Source: Leucoraja erinacea
Taxonomy: Eukaryota
Length of the DNA: 64,000 nt
Reading direction: 5' to 3'
NCBI RefSeq assembly: GCF_028641065.1
Contig: NC_073411.1
Span: 13,950,001-14,014,000, forward strand
In this document: piece after piece, positions 13,471-26,819 of the stretch
Layout: every line of letters starts with the position of its first letter
Numbering within the stretch: the stretch's first letter is position 1
Notes under the pieces: model-generated
Told to the model about the DNA's origin: nothing
The model's input: only the letters and a program-made list of their open reading frames with translations
Database searches by the model: none
Translations under genes and position numbers: made by a program

Positions 13471-16400
13471 ACATATACAATGCTGCAGCTCTTAAAGGGG
13501 CAGAGCTGCACCGCTCTGCTGCATATGGAGGGGACATCACACCAGCTGTTTCTGGAAGGAAAACAACTGATGGTAGTAGCATAGTGAATTCTGAAGTGTA
13601 TAGACATATAGAAACATAGACAATAGGTGCGTTGTGTTGTGCACACTAACGTGCTGTTAGTGCCCCCTTAAAACTGTCTAGTGAAGGTGGTTTGACTATA
13701 TTGTTGTCTAGTGTCTCTGGTCTTTGCAATGCCTACTGAAATTTAGTGCACATGAAGAGATCTGCCATTGAATGAATGGACAAGCTTTTCCCTTTGAGAA
13801 TAGGGAACACCACTGCGCTTCAAAAAGGTCCAGCAGAGAGACTGCACTTAAGGGACAGAAGTTCAGGGAATAAATATCAGGGGGAACTTCTTTACGCTTG
13901 GTGGCAGTGTGGAATGAGCTCCCACTAACATAGTGTGGAGGCGTGTGGTTCATTGGCACATCATTTCAAAAAAGCGCTCCATAGGCATATGGACGCCCAG
14001 AGGATTGTCGGAATGGCCCTTATACCTTGGAGGACCTACACAGTTCCCGCTAACCAAAAAAAAACCCAAATAATAAAGGACATTCGGCACCCCGGACTCC
14101 CTGTACTGTTGGCCAGGCAGACGGGATCCACAAGGTTTCAAATGCTGTAATTGTTATACCCCACTGCTATAAAAATAAAGGTGCCGCCAAGGTGCAGGTG
14201 CGATACAGACTAAGTGACTGTGGTAACCCTTGAAATCGACAGAAGATGAGGTGGTTGGGTGTGTATGCGTGCTTTGTCTAGATATTTATTTATTTGCTTA
14301 TCTTTATTATTTTACCGTGGATGTTTCGTTAGCTTTAGAAATGTTTGAATGCTGACATTTTAAATTTCGTTGTACATGGCCCATGTTACAATGACAATAA
14401 AGAAACTATTCTATTCTATTCTATTCATGATGAGGCAGAATTTATCAAACATTCTGATTTCATAGACATAGAAAATAGGTGCAGGAGTAGGCCATTCGGC
14501 CCTTCGAGCCTGCACCGCCATTCAATATGACCATCCAACTCAGTATCCGATCCCTGCCTTCTCTCCATACCCCCTGATCTCTTTAGCCACAAAGGCCACA
14601 TCTAACCCTCTTAAATATAGCCAATGAACTGGCCTCAACTACCTTCTGTGGCAGAGAATTCCAGATATTCACCACTCTGTGTGAAAGGGGACATCACACC
14701 ATCTGTTTCTGGAAGGGTTCCGTGGAAAGAAAACATGCTGCAGTAATGCACGACAGTTCTAACTGTCCCAGCCACGTTTATTTAGGCGATTTAACCCCAC
14801 TTTCCCCATGTGCCCCAGGGTATCCATTGAAGCTGCATACCAAACTGATTCTGTGTACTAAGAAGGAACTGCAGACGCTGGTTTACACCGAAGATAGACA
14901 CAAAGTGCTGGAGTAACAGGCGGCCTCTCTGGAGAGAAGGAACGGGTGATTTCTGGTCGAGACCCTTGTCCAGACTCAACCCGTCACCCATTCCTCTCCA
15001 GAGATGCTGCCAGACCCGTTGAGTTGCTCCAGCATTTTGTATCTATCATCAGTACCAAACATATTCTGCTCTCTGGACATTTTAACATTGATGTTCTAGA
15101 AACCAACATGTGCATAATGGTATTTTTGTATATTCCACAGATGTCAAATAACAGATGAGATTTGATCCATGTCATCTGTCACCAGATGTGGCCCTTGTGG
15201 CTAAAGGGATCAGGGGGTATGGAGAGAAGGCAGGTACGGGATACTGAGTTGGATGATCAGCCATGATCATATTGAATGGCGGAGCAGGCTCGAAGGGCCG
15301 AATGGCCTACTCCTGCACCTATTTTCTATGTATCTATATCTCTGGAATGGCTTCAATTAACTGAGGGAAGGCAAGAGGGATTTACCACACTGAGTGACCA
15401 TGTGGCTTTTCTCTGGTATTTCCCTCTGCCTGTCCCATGGTGTGAAAACGGGTGCAAGGTAATAATGGCTGAGTCAAATGCAAGCAAATAATAATGGTTA
15501 CAATGGATAGGGGCCAAATGGGACTAGCCCAGAATGCCAACTTGATTGACATGGACAAGTTGGGTCAATTTCCATTGATAAAACCATGAGTACAAGCTCA
15601 ATGGGTCTTTGTTTGTTTATATGTCTGGTGGCAACCTGAACAAGGATGTGAGGTGGAGACCCTCCACTATCAACAAATGATGAAATAAAAACATCTTGAA
15701 TGGTTTTCATCAAGGTGTGCATGAATATGCCAGTCAGTGAACTCAATAGCCGAAACATTACATGCAATAGAAAAGTCAGTCAGAAGGAGCTCAATAGATG
15801 CAGTTTCCAAAAGGGGGTGGATGGTTCAGTAGAAGTGGAGACCAGAATATTCTACATAACAGTCTTTCAGATTGCAAAAGCCTTTTCCGAGAAAACATTA
15901 AAAAAACTTCCAAAGATTTAAATTCTTTTTAATTGAGAAATATATAATACACCCCCAAAACAGATTTTTACCTAATTAAGCAGATTGCATTACCCACAAA
16001 TTCTCATAGCATGTACATACCACGAGAATAAGAAAATTAGATTAACACACCCTGCTTACAAAAACTCTATCATGTTTCAGATCAAAACTTTGACACATCT
16101 GTTTGGAAGTAGACAAAAAAAACTTGCTAATCTCAGAAACAAATTGAGTTTCCATTGGCAAAGTGTGCAATATACCAGACAGAGGAATATGCATAACATC
16201 TATTAAAAATGGCAGAAAGTGCACAACCCAAAAACAGGCAATCGTTCAAAACAATGCAATGGAATTGTACATAATGGTTTAGCATTTTCTGTAAAAAAAA
16301 AAAAAAACACTTAAAAAGACAGAATACATCAATGCAAACGAGAAAAATCTCACAAATGTACAAATTAAAACCTCATTACAAAATAAATATTACACCTAGC

Positions 16401-19262
16401 CCCACCCATTGGGGCTCAACTAGGTTTTTTAATTCAATTGTTTCCTGAATACGTGGAACCAGAGGAATGGTACCCGGCAAGAAGTCAGGAGGTTGGATTG
16501 GGAGTGCACCAGTACCTAGATTACATTCAAGATTGATAGTGCTTTGCACGCGCACACACACACACACACACACACGGACCTTTTCTCGATTCTCGAAGTA
16601 GCCAAGTAGAAGAAAACTGCACGCCTCCCCTTTTCGGCATAGAAATGTGGGCCAAAGGGCCTGTTCCTGTGCTGTTCTATGTTCCTCCTTTGCTCTCTCC
16701 ACCCTTCATTGGCCAATATAGTCATCAAAGTTTGTTTATTGCAAGTGTCCAAAACATTTACTTTAGTATATAGCTTTATTTATATATAGATATAAAAGAA
16801 ATTCTAAAAACTATTCTTTGAAAAATGATTGCCCTTTCTTAGTGCACACTTTATTCTGCAACATTTTCATCCTTTGCCCCACCACGGCCAGCTGACGAGG
16901 AAGAACACGTTTTAAAGCTTTGTAACCTCAACGGGACATTAAACTAAGGGAGGGGTAAGATTTTATGAGATTCAATGGAAATAAATAAGAAAACTCAACA
17001 CCATGGCATATGTTCGAGGGAGCCATTCTATTTATAAGCCACCAATATTTTATTTGTAAAAAAAAAAAAGCTCCCTTTCACCTTGCAGGTTTTGACTTGT
17101 ACGCTAGGCTATGACCTCAGTGGACATTACAGCCATACCCAACCATGTCCCCTTCTAATGTTGCTGGCAAACACTTTGGTTGCTAAGACCGACAGTTAAA
17201 CTGGGAGAAGGAATCCTACTTATGAGTTTCCCCAAACAGAGCCACCAGGTTCATGGTAGCCAACATGACAAAGTACAAGGAAACACCATGCAAGAAAAGA
17301 CATAAGACCAGAATAACACCCTCCCCTCCCCTTTAAATCATCTCGTATAATAACAAGTTTGTTCTGTTAAGGGGGGTACCTTACCCATTCTCAATTTAAC
17401 TAGTAAAAGGAATGGCTCACAGACTGGCCAACACAATTGCTCAAATGAGTTGTGTCTTTGTCAATATTCTGTAACCAAATACTAAACAGTTAAAACTTCA
17501 TCCCCAAGAATACAAATGTTTCATCAAAAAGTCAGCCTGGAGTGCAAACTGGAAGACAAGAGGAAACCTGAAAAACATAATGTAAATAAATCAACAGCAA
17601 TGATTACACTGCAAGTCACTCCTGAGAATATGCTGACAGACATTACATTAGTCAGAGAAGTCATGACTTGCAAAACTGACCGGTGTATTTGTGTTCATTT
17701 ATATCTCAACTATGCCTGAAAATAAAAAGCCATCCTGCAATCGGCAGTGTGGATGGCACTGCGTACTGAACTACAGCTGAGAGAGAGAGAGAGAGAACGT
17801 GGGGGGAGAGGGGGAGTGGGGCACGCAAGTTAAATTGTCTTACAAGATGGAAATGTTGCCTCCAACCGGCAGCAATTTCATTCTGACCCAACATGACACC
17901 TGTCCTTTCCCTCCATACATTCTGCTTGATCCACTGAGTTGCTCCAGCACTTTGTGGTTTGCACAAGATTTCAGCATCTGCTGCCTCATGCAATTTAATT
18001 TATACGAGAACTGAACTCTGGAAATAAACCATAAATGTACCAAGCTTACAGTAATAACAAAAATGCCCCAAACGATTTTATATTTTTCGGACAGCCAGGA
18101 AATGTTACTAAATATACACACTTCGCCTCCCATCAGAATATTACTGGAAACATTTGCTTCTTCTGAATGGTCAGCTCCAAATGAGGGCAGTTTCTTCAAA
18201 GATGCCTTTACGTAGGATGCACATTCCAAGCAGTCTTGGGACTTTCTCAGAAAAGTGTTGAATTAATTTTCCGATCTGTAGTGATGGATTCTTAGTCTGC
18301 AGAAAGCAGCTTTGGTGTTGGGTTTGAGTCACATGCTCAGAGATGTCCTCAGGGTGGTCATTCACCTGGACACACGGGGAATACAAGAAAACACAGGCTT
18401 GTCCGTGCCTTCCTGAAACAAGCCATTTTAAAGAATCAAACACGTATGGCTTCATTTTGATAGCTGCTGAGAGTGCACGGATCCGATCAATACTTCAAAA
18501 TCCACAGGAGAAAAAACACCAGATCCAAGAGATGAATTGGTCCAGAGTCACATAGAGGTTACTCCATTTTACCGTCAACCATTTAAATTTTTTTAATAAC
18601 ATTTCACCTCTATTTTCACCCTCATCCCAGCTAGCCAAGGGACCTTAGTTTAACTTAGAGATACAGCGTGGAAACAGGCCTTCAGCCCACCAGGTCTGTG
18701 CCGACCAGCGATCACCCATTCATACTAATTCTATCCTACACACTGGGGAGAATTTACAGAAGCCAATTAACTTACAAACTTGTACGTCTTTGGAATGTAG
18801 GAGGAACCCGGAGCACCTGGACAAAACCCACCTGGTCACAGGGTGAACGTGCAAACTCCATAAAGACAGCACCCGTAATCAGGATCGAACCAGGGTCTCT
18901 GGCACAGTGAGGCAGCAACTCTACCGTTGCACCACCTTCCTGATACTGCCCTAATGCCTGTTAATGGAATAAAATTAACCAGGGAATAACTGGTTCAATT
19001 GTCAGCGAGGTTGAATTTTGAATTTCACGTGGGGGAAGTATGGGATAGGGGTGTAGATCAGTTGAAGATCTGGAACAATCTGCTACCTAGGCTCTGGTGG
19101 GCAAGTGAGAGAAGCCCTCGGTCAGCTCTGTTAATACTTTGCTGTACGGACAAGTGCGGATGAAGGACCTTGTTATCTGGACAGAAGCTGTCAGAAACCC
19201 TGGACAGAAGCTGATCAGAAACTCTGATCAAACTAAGGAGCGATGTTGGCAAAACTGGACAG

Positions 19263-19740
19263 TGTAAGGCACTGTCCCAGGGTTACATGAAAATGAAGGA
19301 GAGGAATGGAACGGACGAGGAAGCGAGGGAGGGAACAGGCAAGGAGGCGAACGTCAAGGAAGGAGTAAAGAAGTGGGTGTCAGGATGGGGAAAATCAGGA
19401 AAGGTGACAAACATCAGGGATGGGAGGGGGAGGGGGGTGGGGAAGAAGGTGTGCAATAGTGAGGAAGGTGAATCAGAGAAAGAAGAAAGCCTCGGGGAAA
19501 GGGGAGCGTAGATGGTAATGCATGCAACCATATATGTAACTACCTCATTAGCATATTGTCCCTCCCACATTCTATAGTATAACTGTAGTCTCTGCATGTT
19601 CCCTCCCCGTTAGGTTCCAGTACGTGTGTAGACCAGATGTGGTTAGTGCTGGAACGTGTGTTATTAGTGTTTAAATAAAGATCTAGTTAAAGGACTATGG
19701 ACAACGTCTAGTTTCCTTTACATGGTGTCAGAAGTGGGAT
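19263..19740 (+). mobile_element. LTR retrotransposon remnant: LTR plus tRNA-Leu primer-binding site
   Basis: AATAAA at 19674, end ...TTTACA at 19722 directly followed by TGGTGTCAGAAGTGGGAT; the 5' TGTAA could be at 19263 or 19535. Confidence 0.65.
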
Positions 19741-20348
19741 TAGCTCCTTTGACAGCCAAGTATCAGGCAGGAGGGAGTGTTGAGGGGGGGGGGGGGGGAG
19801 GGGGCATGGGAGGAGGTGATAGTTGGGAGGAAGGGAGCACGGAAGCACAGACATCCCACAGTTGCCATCATGACCGAACAGAGGTAAGAACAGTTGACAA
19901 TGAGCTGGGAATCCATTAGATGGAAGGCTTCTTGAACTTTAACCCCAGGCATCACTTAACGTGCCGGCCCGCCAGCGAGCGAGCAAGGACCCTGGACAAG
20001 TGGACGGTGTTCACGGCAGACAGCGGCGAGCGCAAGGCCTCGACATCCATCTCATCAGCAGAAAGGAAGAAAAGGCCATCGGAGGATCACTTCTTTGGCA
20101 ATGGAGATAAAACTTTACCTCAACTTTCTTCTGCACGGTCTCCAAAGCTGAACGTTCCCACCACCCACCCACCCACCGTAGCTGGTTAGTTAAACACAAA
20201 GCAGCACTCGTCTCATTCCACACTCTCCAGAGGACAGCACAAGGTACAGGTGCTCCCATCTGGTTCCACATGGTTCTTTTCTTTGCCCTCAAACAGTCCT
20301 GAAGTTGTGTTTAATGCCCAATGTGAAGTACCAGACCTTGGAGGGAGG

Positions 20349-20552
20349 TCATATATTGTTGTCTACTGAAGTGTGAATAGATTTACGTTTCGAAGAGTTC
20401 TGCTCATTCAGCAGGTTTGTGGTCTCATCCGCTATATTCGGGGCTTTGTCCATTGCACTCACATCGGTGCTTACGTGCAGATTCTCCGGCGACTGTGGAG
20501 TGCTGTCCAGTTTTGAAGCCAGTAGTCCATTTTGATATTGCTGCCATGTGAT
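20349..20552 (-). CDS. CNNM4: CNNM4 last exon, coding part
   Basis: ITWQQYQNGLLASKLDSTPQSPENLHVSTDVSAMDKAPNIADETTNLLNEQNSSKRKSIHTSVDNNI*; ttttaaCAG|; 204 nt. Confidence 0.93.
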   Translation of the reverse strand: MTWQQYQNGLLASKLDSTPQSPENLHVSTDVSAMDKAPNIADETTNLLNEQNSSKRKSIHTSVDNNI

Positions 20553-21616
20553 CTGTTAAAATAATAGGAAGAGGGCAGAGGAGAGATGAAAAGAATGGAA
20601 TATTAATAGGGAAGTAACAACAGCTTTTATACAGTGTCATTTAATCCACCAAATACCCTAAATGGCTTTACTGCCAATAAAATGTGATCTCTCTGTCCAC
20701 AGTCTGAATCTATGAGATGGGGCAACAGCCAATGATAGAGGCATTGAAGTCACAGAGCATGGAAACAAGCCCTTTGGCCTGACTCGTCCATACCAACCAA
20801 GAACCAAAAGCCACATATTTGCTGCATATGTCCCATATCCCTCTAAACCAAGGTTTCCCAACCTGGGGTACATTTATCCTAGGGGGCAAATGTCACCTAC
20901 CCAGGGGGTAAATTTGTTGATTTGTACATTTTTTCTCATTGACTGACTGTTTGGTTCTGATATACCAGAATCTGTTCATCATTAGTTGTTCATAAATAAG
21001 CAAAATAACATTGTTATGTGCTATTAAAGTTGCCGGGGGTAATTCGCATGTAGGGGCATCCATAAGTTGGGTGTTTGTACTCTGGGAATGGCCCTTATTC
21101 AAGACACCTGGAGAAGGTTCTGACCCTAAGCATCACCTATCTATGTTCTCCAGCAATGCTGCCTGACTCGCTCAGTTACTCCAGCACTCCATGTCTTTTC
21201 TAGTAAAACCAGTAACTGCTGTTCTTTGTTTCTTCAAGGGCACTGAACTATGAAGTCAACATGGTGCAGATAACAGCACCATTTGGTGGCGTTCAACGGT
21301 ACTGCAGTCCAACCTATTTTCCATAGCCTGATTTTATGACAATCCCTTCATACAACCGTAGAGAGTGCACCAGGATGGATTTGGTAGCTGCTGTGTGGCT
21401 GCAGGCATCTCCTGCCGTGTGGGAACTCGGCAAATGGTTGAATTTAGACACACTTCTTTAACCACAGAAACAAGGAACTGCAGATGCTGGCTTACAAAAG
21501 AGGACACAAAGTGCTGGAGTAACTCAACTGGTCAGGCAGCATCTTTGGAGAACATAGATAGGTGAAGCTTCAGGTCAGGAACCTTCCCTGAGATGAATCA
21601 AAGGAGGACCCTTCGA

Positions 21617-22452
21617 AGGGGGCGCTGTCCTGTGCACGGCTGCCCTGCCAGCAGTTGTCTGTCTTTTCACCGTTTTATTTTTATTTTTAGTTAGTGAAAG
21701 TGTTTTGTTTGGAGGTCTAGACTTTTTTGTGTGGGGGGGGAGGGGGAAACTGCCTTTCAGGATCCCTACCTGGTCGGGAGAGGCAGCTTTTCTCTGGGCT
21801 GCAGCTTCGACCCGTCCTCGCGGCCTACCAGCGGGCCTGGAGCGGCGTTTCCTGTCGGGGACCGCCCAGAACCTCAGCTTCGGCGGCGGCACAGCGCTGG
21901 AGCGCTATCGCGGAGCGGGCGATGCCTTGCCTGGGTCGCCGCGCTGGAGCTCCGGTGAGCTGAGACCGCCGGGTAAAACATCGCGGAGCTGCGGGACTGT
22001 GGAGCGGGCCAGCTGCGCCGAACTTTACACCGGGAGCCTGGGATCTCGCGACGAGATCGCCAGTTGTGGAGCTCCAACCAGCGCGGCCTTGTCGGCTTCG
22101 GAAGCCGCGGCCTCCAGTACGGAGGCGGCCGTTCCAGGGTTCCCATGCCGCTGTGAGGACTCTCCCGACGTTGGAGCTCCACCACCCGGCGAGAACGGCC
22201 AGGAACATCGGGCCTCCATAGAGGCAATTGTGGAGGCCTCAATAGGCCCAACTATGGGTGAACTGGGGACTGGACTTTGTGCCTTCCCTCATGGTGGGGG
22301 CCATTGTGGGGGGATGTTCTTTGTGTTTAAGACTCTCATTGGTGTTATGTCTGTATTCTTTCTTTGTGTGCTGCAAAATAGCAAAAAGCATTCCACTTCA
22401 TTACACCTCGGTGTATGTGAATGTGACCAATAAAATACCTTTGATACCTTTG
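21617..22452 (+). mobile_element. CpG-rich non-autonomous retroposon-like insertion in the last CNNM4 intron
   Basis: Abrupt GC/CpG-rich block ending in AATAAA followed by (ATACCTTTG)2 tail; its ORFs resemble no protein I recognise. Confidence 0.55.
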
Positions 22453-23867
22453 AAGGAGAAGTTGTTGGGGGTGAGAGGCAAGAGTCCCGCCCCAAAATAT
22501 TACCCATCCGTGTGTAGGAGGGAACTGCAGATGCTGCTTTACACCGAAGACAGACACAGAATGCTGGAGTAACTCAGTGGGACAGGCAGCATCTCTGGAG
22601 AGAAGGAACGGGTGGCGTTTCGGTGTTGAGACCCTTCTTCAGACTGAGGGTCAAGGGAGAGGGTGACACAGAGATATGGAAGGGTAAAGTGTGAAAACGA
22701 GAGATCAAAGGGGACAAAGTTCAAGGAACATGTAGAATAGATCATTGTTAGCTAGGGGCATACAAAGATAACATTTAATCAAGACAGTCAAACTGATCAG
22801 AATCCATGTTCTCCTGAGATGCTGCCTGACCCGTTCCAGCACTCTGTGACTTTTCTGGTTTAACCACACGTTGCCCTCAGTTGGCCTATATTTTTATTTA
22901 AATATATTGGTGGGAGGCTGCATTTCTGATGTGGGCTGTTTGTATTACAAACAGTTCTCTGTCATAACCGGGAAAAGACCCGACATCTAATTGTTAATGC
23001 AGAACGTTGTAAATAATATTGGTCCTGCACAAGATTTAATTGGAAGGAAACTATTTAGTCACAAATTTCCAAATAATTAATTCAATTATTTCCATAAATA
23101 GATATGTTATTTGAGTTATAGAGTCATAGTCATAGAGTGATACAGGCCCTTCGGCCCAACTTTCCCACAATGGCCAACATGTCCCATCTACACTAGTTAA
23201 TCCGACTGTGGAAACTGAAGGAATACGGATTGAAATTATGCAAAAGCAAGAATAGATATTGTTTTCTGGACAAAATAGAAACACACAAGGAATGGTCAGC
23301 TGCAAATCAGTTGGTAAAATAAAGACAAAGTGCTAGGGTTCCTGAGCAGGTCAAGTAGCAACTGTGGAGAAATAGTTATGGCTTCAAGTTGCTGGCCCCA
23401 GCATTTTTGATTTTTGTCTCTGATTTCCAGCATCTGCAATCTTGAAAGACACAAAGTGCTGGAGTAACTCAGCAGGTCAGGCAGTATCTCTGGAGAACAT
23501 AGATGACGTTTTGGGTCGGGACGTGTTACTCCAGCACTTTGTGGCTTTCTTTCTAATCAACATCTGCAGTTCCTTATTTCTACATCTGCAGTTCTTGCAT
23601 CAGTTGATGAAATGCTGGCCTCCAATTATTTTTTAAAGATATATGGTAACAGCCTCAATATGATTTTTCTCACCAGAGAACGACTGTGACTGGAACTCTC
23701 TGCCTTGATAGAAGCAGAATTAGACACAGTTTATTAAATGGAACATATACCGTGGCATTAAAACAATCATGAGGAATGGGGGAAAGGAGAAGACAGTGTT
23801 ACAAAGTGTTTTGATTTAGAAAAAAAAGGTTCCCTCAGTGGGCCAAATGCACCTAGTGCTTTCTCAC

Positions 23868-24037
23868 CTTCACAAACTGTACGTCCATCACTGCCCTGAC
23901 AGAGAAATCAGGAATGTAGTGATGTGTGGAAATAACCGTGCTGCTTGGTACAATGGATGCTGCGGACTCAGAGCGGTCGGCTTGATGTAGAGACAGAGAA
24001 CGGTTCATCTCACTGTTGCGAGAGCTCGAGAGGTTAT
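23868..24037 (-). CDS. CNNM4: CNNM4 exon 6
   Basis: DNLSSSRNSEMNRSLSLHQADRSESAASIVPSSTVISTHHYIPDFSVRAVMDVQFVK; cccattCAG| and AAG|GTGAGA; 170 nt. Confidence 0.92.
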
Positions 24038-25064
24038 CTGAATGGGAGAGAGATCGAATTGCAACTTAATAAAACATAAACAGTTGGTTTGGATACTGTG
24101 CTCAGTTCTGGTCTCCCCATTAGAGGAAGAATGGGGAGGCTTTGGAAAGCGTGCAGAAGAGCTTGAGAAGAGACCAGCTAGAAGTTTATAAAATTATGCG
24201 AGGCATAGATCGGGTCGACTGTCAGAAAGATGAATGGAAATCTCAAATGTTAGGAATAGCTTTAAGATGAGAGAGGGAAAGTTTAAAGGAGTTGTACAGG
24301 GCAGGTTTTCTTTAAGAGAGTGGTGGGAACCCGAAATGTGCTGCCAGGCATGATAGTGGAAGCTGGAAGGACAGTGGCGTTTAATTTGACAGCATGTTCA
24401 GCACAGAAGGACCTGTTTTGCGTTGTACTGCTCTATGTACTATAAATGCTCCAGTGACCCCCGCAGGCCTCACCACAATGGGACACGGTCTCAGTGAAAT
24501 CAGCCACTGAGCCTCGGAATTGCCTCTTCGAGCGCCACACTCGAGGGTCCGCAGGAGTAACGGCAGTGCTGTCTCGGTTGAGGATACTTCAGCTCATGTC
24601 TGCCTCCCAACACACACCCTCCCCTGCACTGACTCACAGCGCCAGAGACCCGGGTTCGATCCTGGCCTCGGGTGCTGTCCGTGTGGAGTATGCACATTCT
24701 CCCTGTGACCTCTGGATCCACCGGTTACCACCCACATCCAAAAGACGTGCAGGTTTACTTGGCTTTATAAATTACTCCTGATGTGCAGGGGTGGATGTGA
24801 AAGTGGGAAAGCAGAACTAGTGTGAACGGGTGATCAATGGACAGACTCAGTGGGTTGAAGAGTCTGATTCCATGCTGCATATTTCAATCAATCCCCGGTC
24901 TCAACATTCAGCTCCAAGGCAGGGACAGGAGTCACATGCTTGTTAGAGGAAGTCCCAGAGCCACAAATGTCTTCACACCAAAACCCTTGCTCACTTCAAC
25001 CTCACCAATAGATCGTAATAAGGGCTTGGAATGTAAAAACCGTGCAGACCCATGCATGATTTAC

Positions 25065-25127
25065 CTTGGAACCAAGGAGTTAGAGAAACTGCTTTGAGGC
25101 TGCAAGTGCGGAGCCTGGAGATAGGAG
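25065..25127 (-). CDS. CNNM4: CNNM4 candidate alternative cassette exon (63 nt)
   Basis: Long polypyrimidine tract then CAG|; open frame APISRLRTCSLKAVSLTPWFQ; G|GTAAAT; phase 1-1, frame-preserving; TGCATG just downstream. Confidence 0.65.
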
Positions 25128-25557
25128 CTGGGAGATAGAGATGAAGCAACAGAGAGAGAACAAGATTAAACAGCACAGAACAAGAGCAGCAAGTGTTCAC
25201 CTCCGCCAGATACATCAGCTCACCCTCAGCCAGCACTGCCACCTTTTGTCTCTTGTCTCATGTCCCCTCCATCATTGTTTTTCTAGGGCAGACACAGTGA
25301 CGCAGCTGGTAGAGCCACTGCCGCACAGACAGAGACCCAGGTTCGATCCTGATCTCGGGGGCTGTGTAGATTTTGTACGTTCTCTCTGTGATCATGTAGG
25401 TTTCCTCCCACATCCCAATGACGTGTGAGTTTGTAGGTTAATCAGTAAATTGTCCCCAGTGTCGAGGGAGTGGATGAGAAAGTCAGATCATTTAGAAAGT
25501 GTGAACGGGAGTTCCATGGTGAGTGTGGACTTGGTGGGCCATGGGCCTGTTATCTGC

Positions 25558-25925
25558 CATATCTTAAGGGGATGGGCAGGCTAGATGCAGGAAGATTGTT
25601 CCCGATGTTGGGGAAGTCCAGGACAAGGGGTCACAGCTTAAGGATAAGGGGGAATTCCTTTAAAACCGAGATGAGAAGAACTTTTTTCACACAGAGAGTG
25701 GTGAATCTCTGGAACTCTCTGCCACAGAGGGTAGTTGAGGCCAGTTCATTGGCTATATTTAAGAGGGAGTTAGATGTGGCCCTTGTGGCTAAGGGGATCA
25801 GAGGGTATGGAGAGAAGGCAGGTACGGGATACTGAGTTGGATGATCAGCCATGATCATATTGAATGGCGGTGCAGGCTCGAAGGGCCGAATGGCCTACTC
25901 CTGCACCTAATTTCTATGTTTCTAT
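25558..25925 (+). mobile_element. CR1/HER1-like LINE 3' end
   Basis: RT C-terminus RTRGHSLRI...FFTQRVVNLWNSLP, then 3'UTR and (TTTCTATG)n tail. Confidence 0.85.
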
Positions 25926-26819
25926 CTCTACACTAAACTTTTAGTCTTCATCCTACTACATACCTTCTCTTTCTTCTTAGGTACAGAAAAATACTGGAGA
26001 AACTCAGCTATGGAGCGAAGGAGGTCGAAACCCTTCTTCTCTTTGTTCTTTCCACCCTTTCCTCTTCTCACCAATTTAAAATACACGTTCTCTTAACGTT
26101 CCCTCATCCTGATGAAAGGTTGGCTACCTGAAACGTTTCTCTCTGCAGATCCTGCCTGACCTGGTCCTTCTCTCAATTTCCCTCATTATTTCCAGCATCT
26201 TCAGGATTGCACCAATGCTCAGAAAGGGGGGGGGGAGGCGGCATTTCCAAAGCAACTTTCACCTCTCTATGTCCTAAATTGTGTTGCACAGTACAGAGAA
26301 CTTCCAAAGTGGAGCCAAGGTTGTACGGAACACAGGTCCCAATTTACACACATGCCTGAATAATCTGTTTTCATAACATTGATCGAGGGATCTTTATTGG
26401 CCAGGATCCCACATGGGATCTTTTACATCCAGTCAGGAAATCTGGTGAGGCTGGGGATAATGTCTCGGATTCACCATCATCTCGGATACAACATTACCCA
26501 TGTCTTTGGAGGAAGTAGCGCAAGACTGAGGCACCACTAATGGTGCAGGTGGAGACTTGGAGCAAGCAAGACACAAAATCATCTCTTACTGAGGCCATGT
26601 CAAGAATTTTAGAACTTTCTTTCTGAAATGTTGTGGTCAACTGGTAAACACAATACTCAGATTTATATCAATACAGGGATTTGTTGAGCGGGAGAATGGA
26701 AGGTTGGAGAACCAAGACCAGAGACAAATGATCTAAAACCTAGAGTGTTCTCGTGGAGTGAGCGTTAATCATCTGTTCATTCCTTCAAATATTTTGAATC
26801 TCTTGAAACTTTCTGTGAA

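Noticed and set aside
18171-18375. Open frame after a CAG on minus as an alternative CNNM4 last exon
   Set aside because: No CNNM similarity; the canonical terminal exon is at 20349-20552
21575-22433. Overlapping ORFs up to 242 aa
   Set aside because: Stop-poor GC-rich repeat with no recognisable domain
24470-24605. Possible extra CNNM4 exon
   Set aside because: No acceptor/donor pair giving a stop-free phase 1-1 exon; no pyrimidine tract
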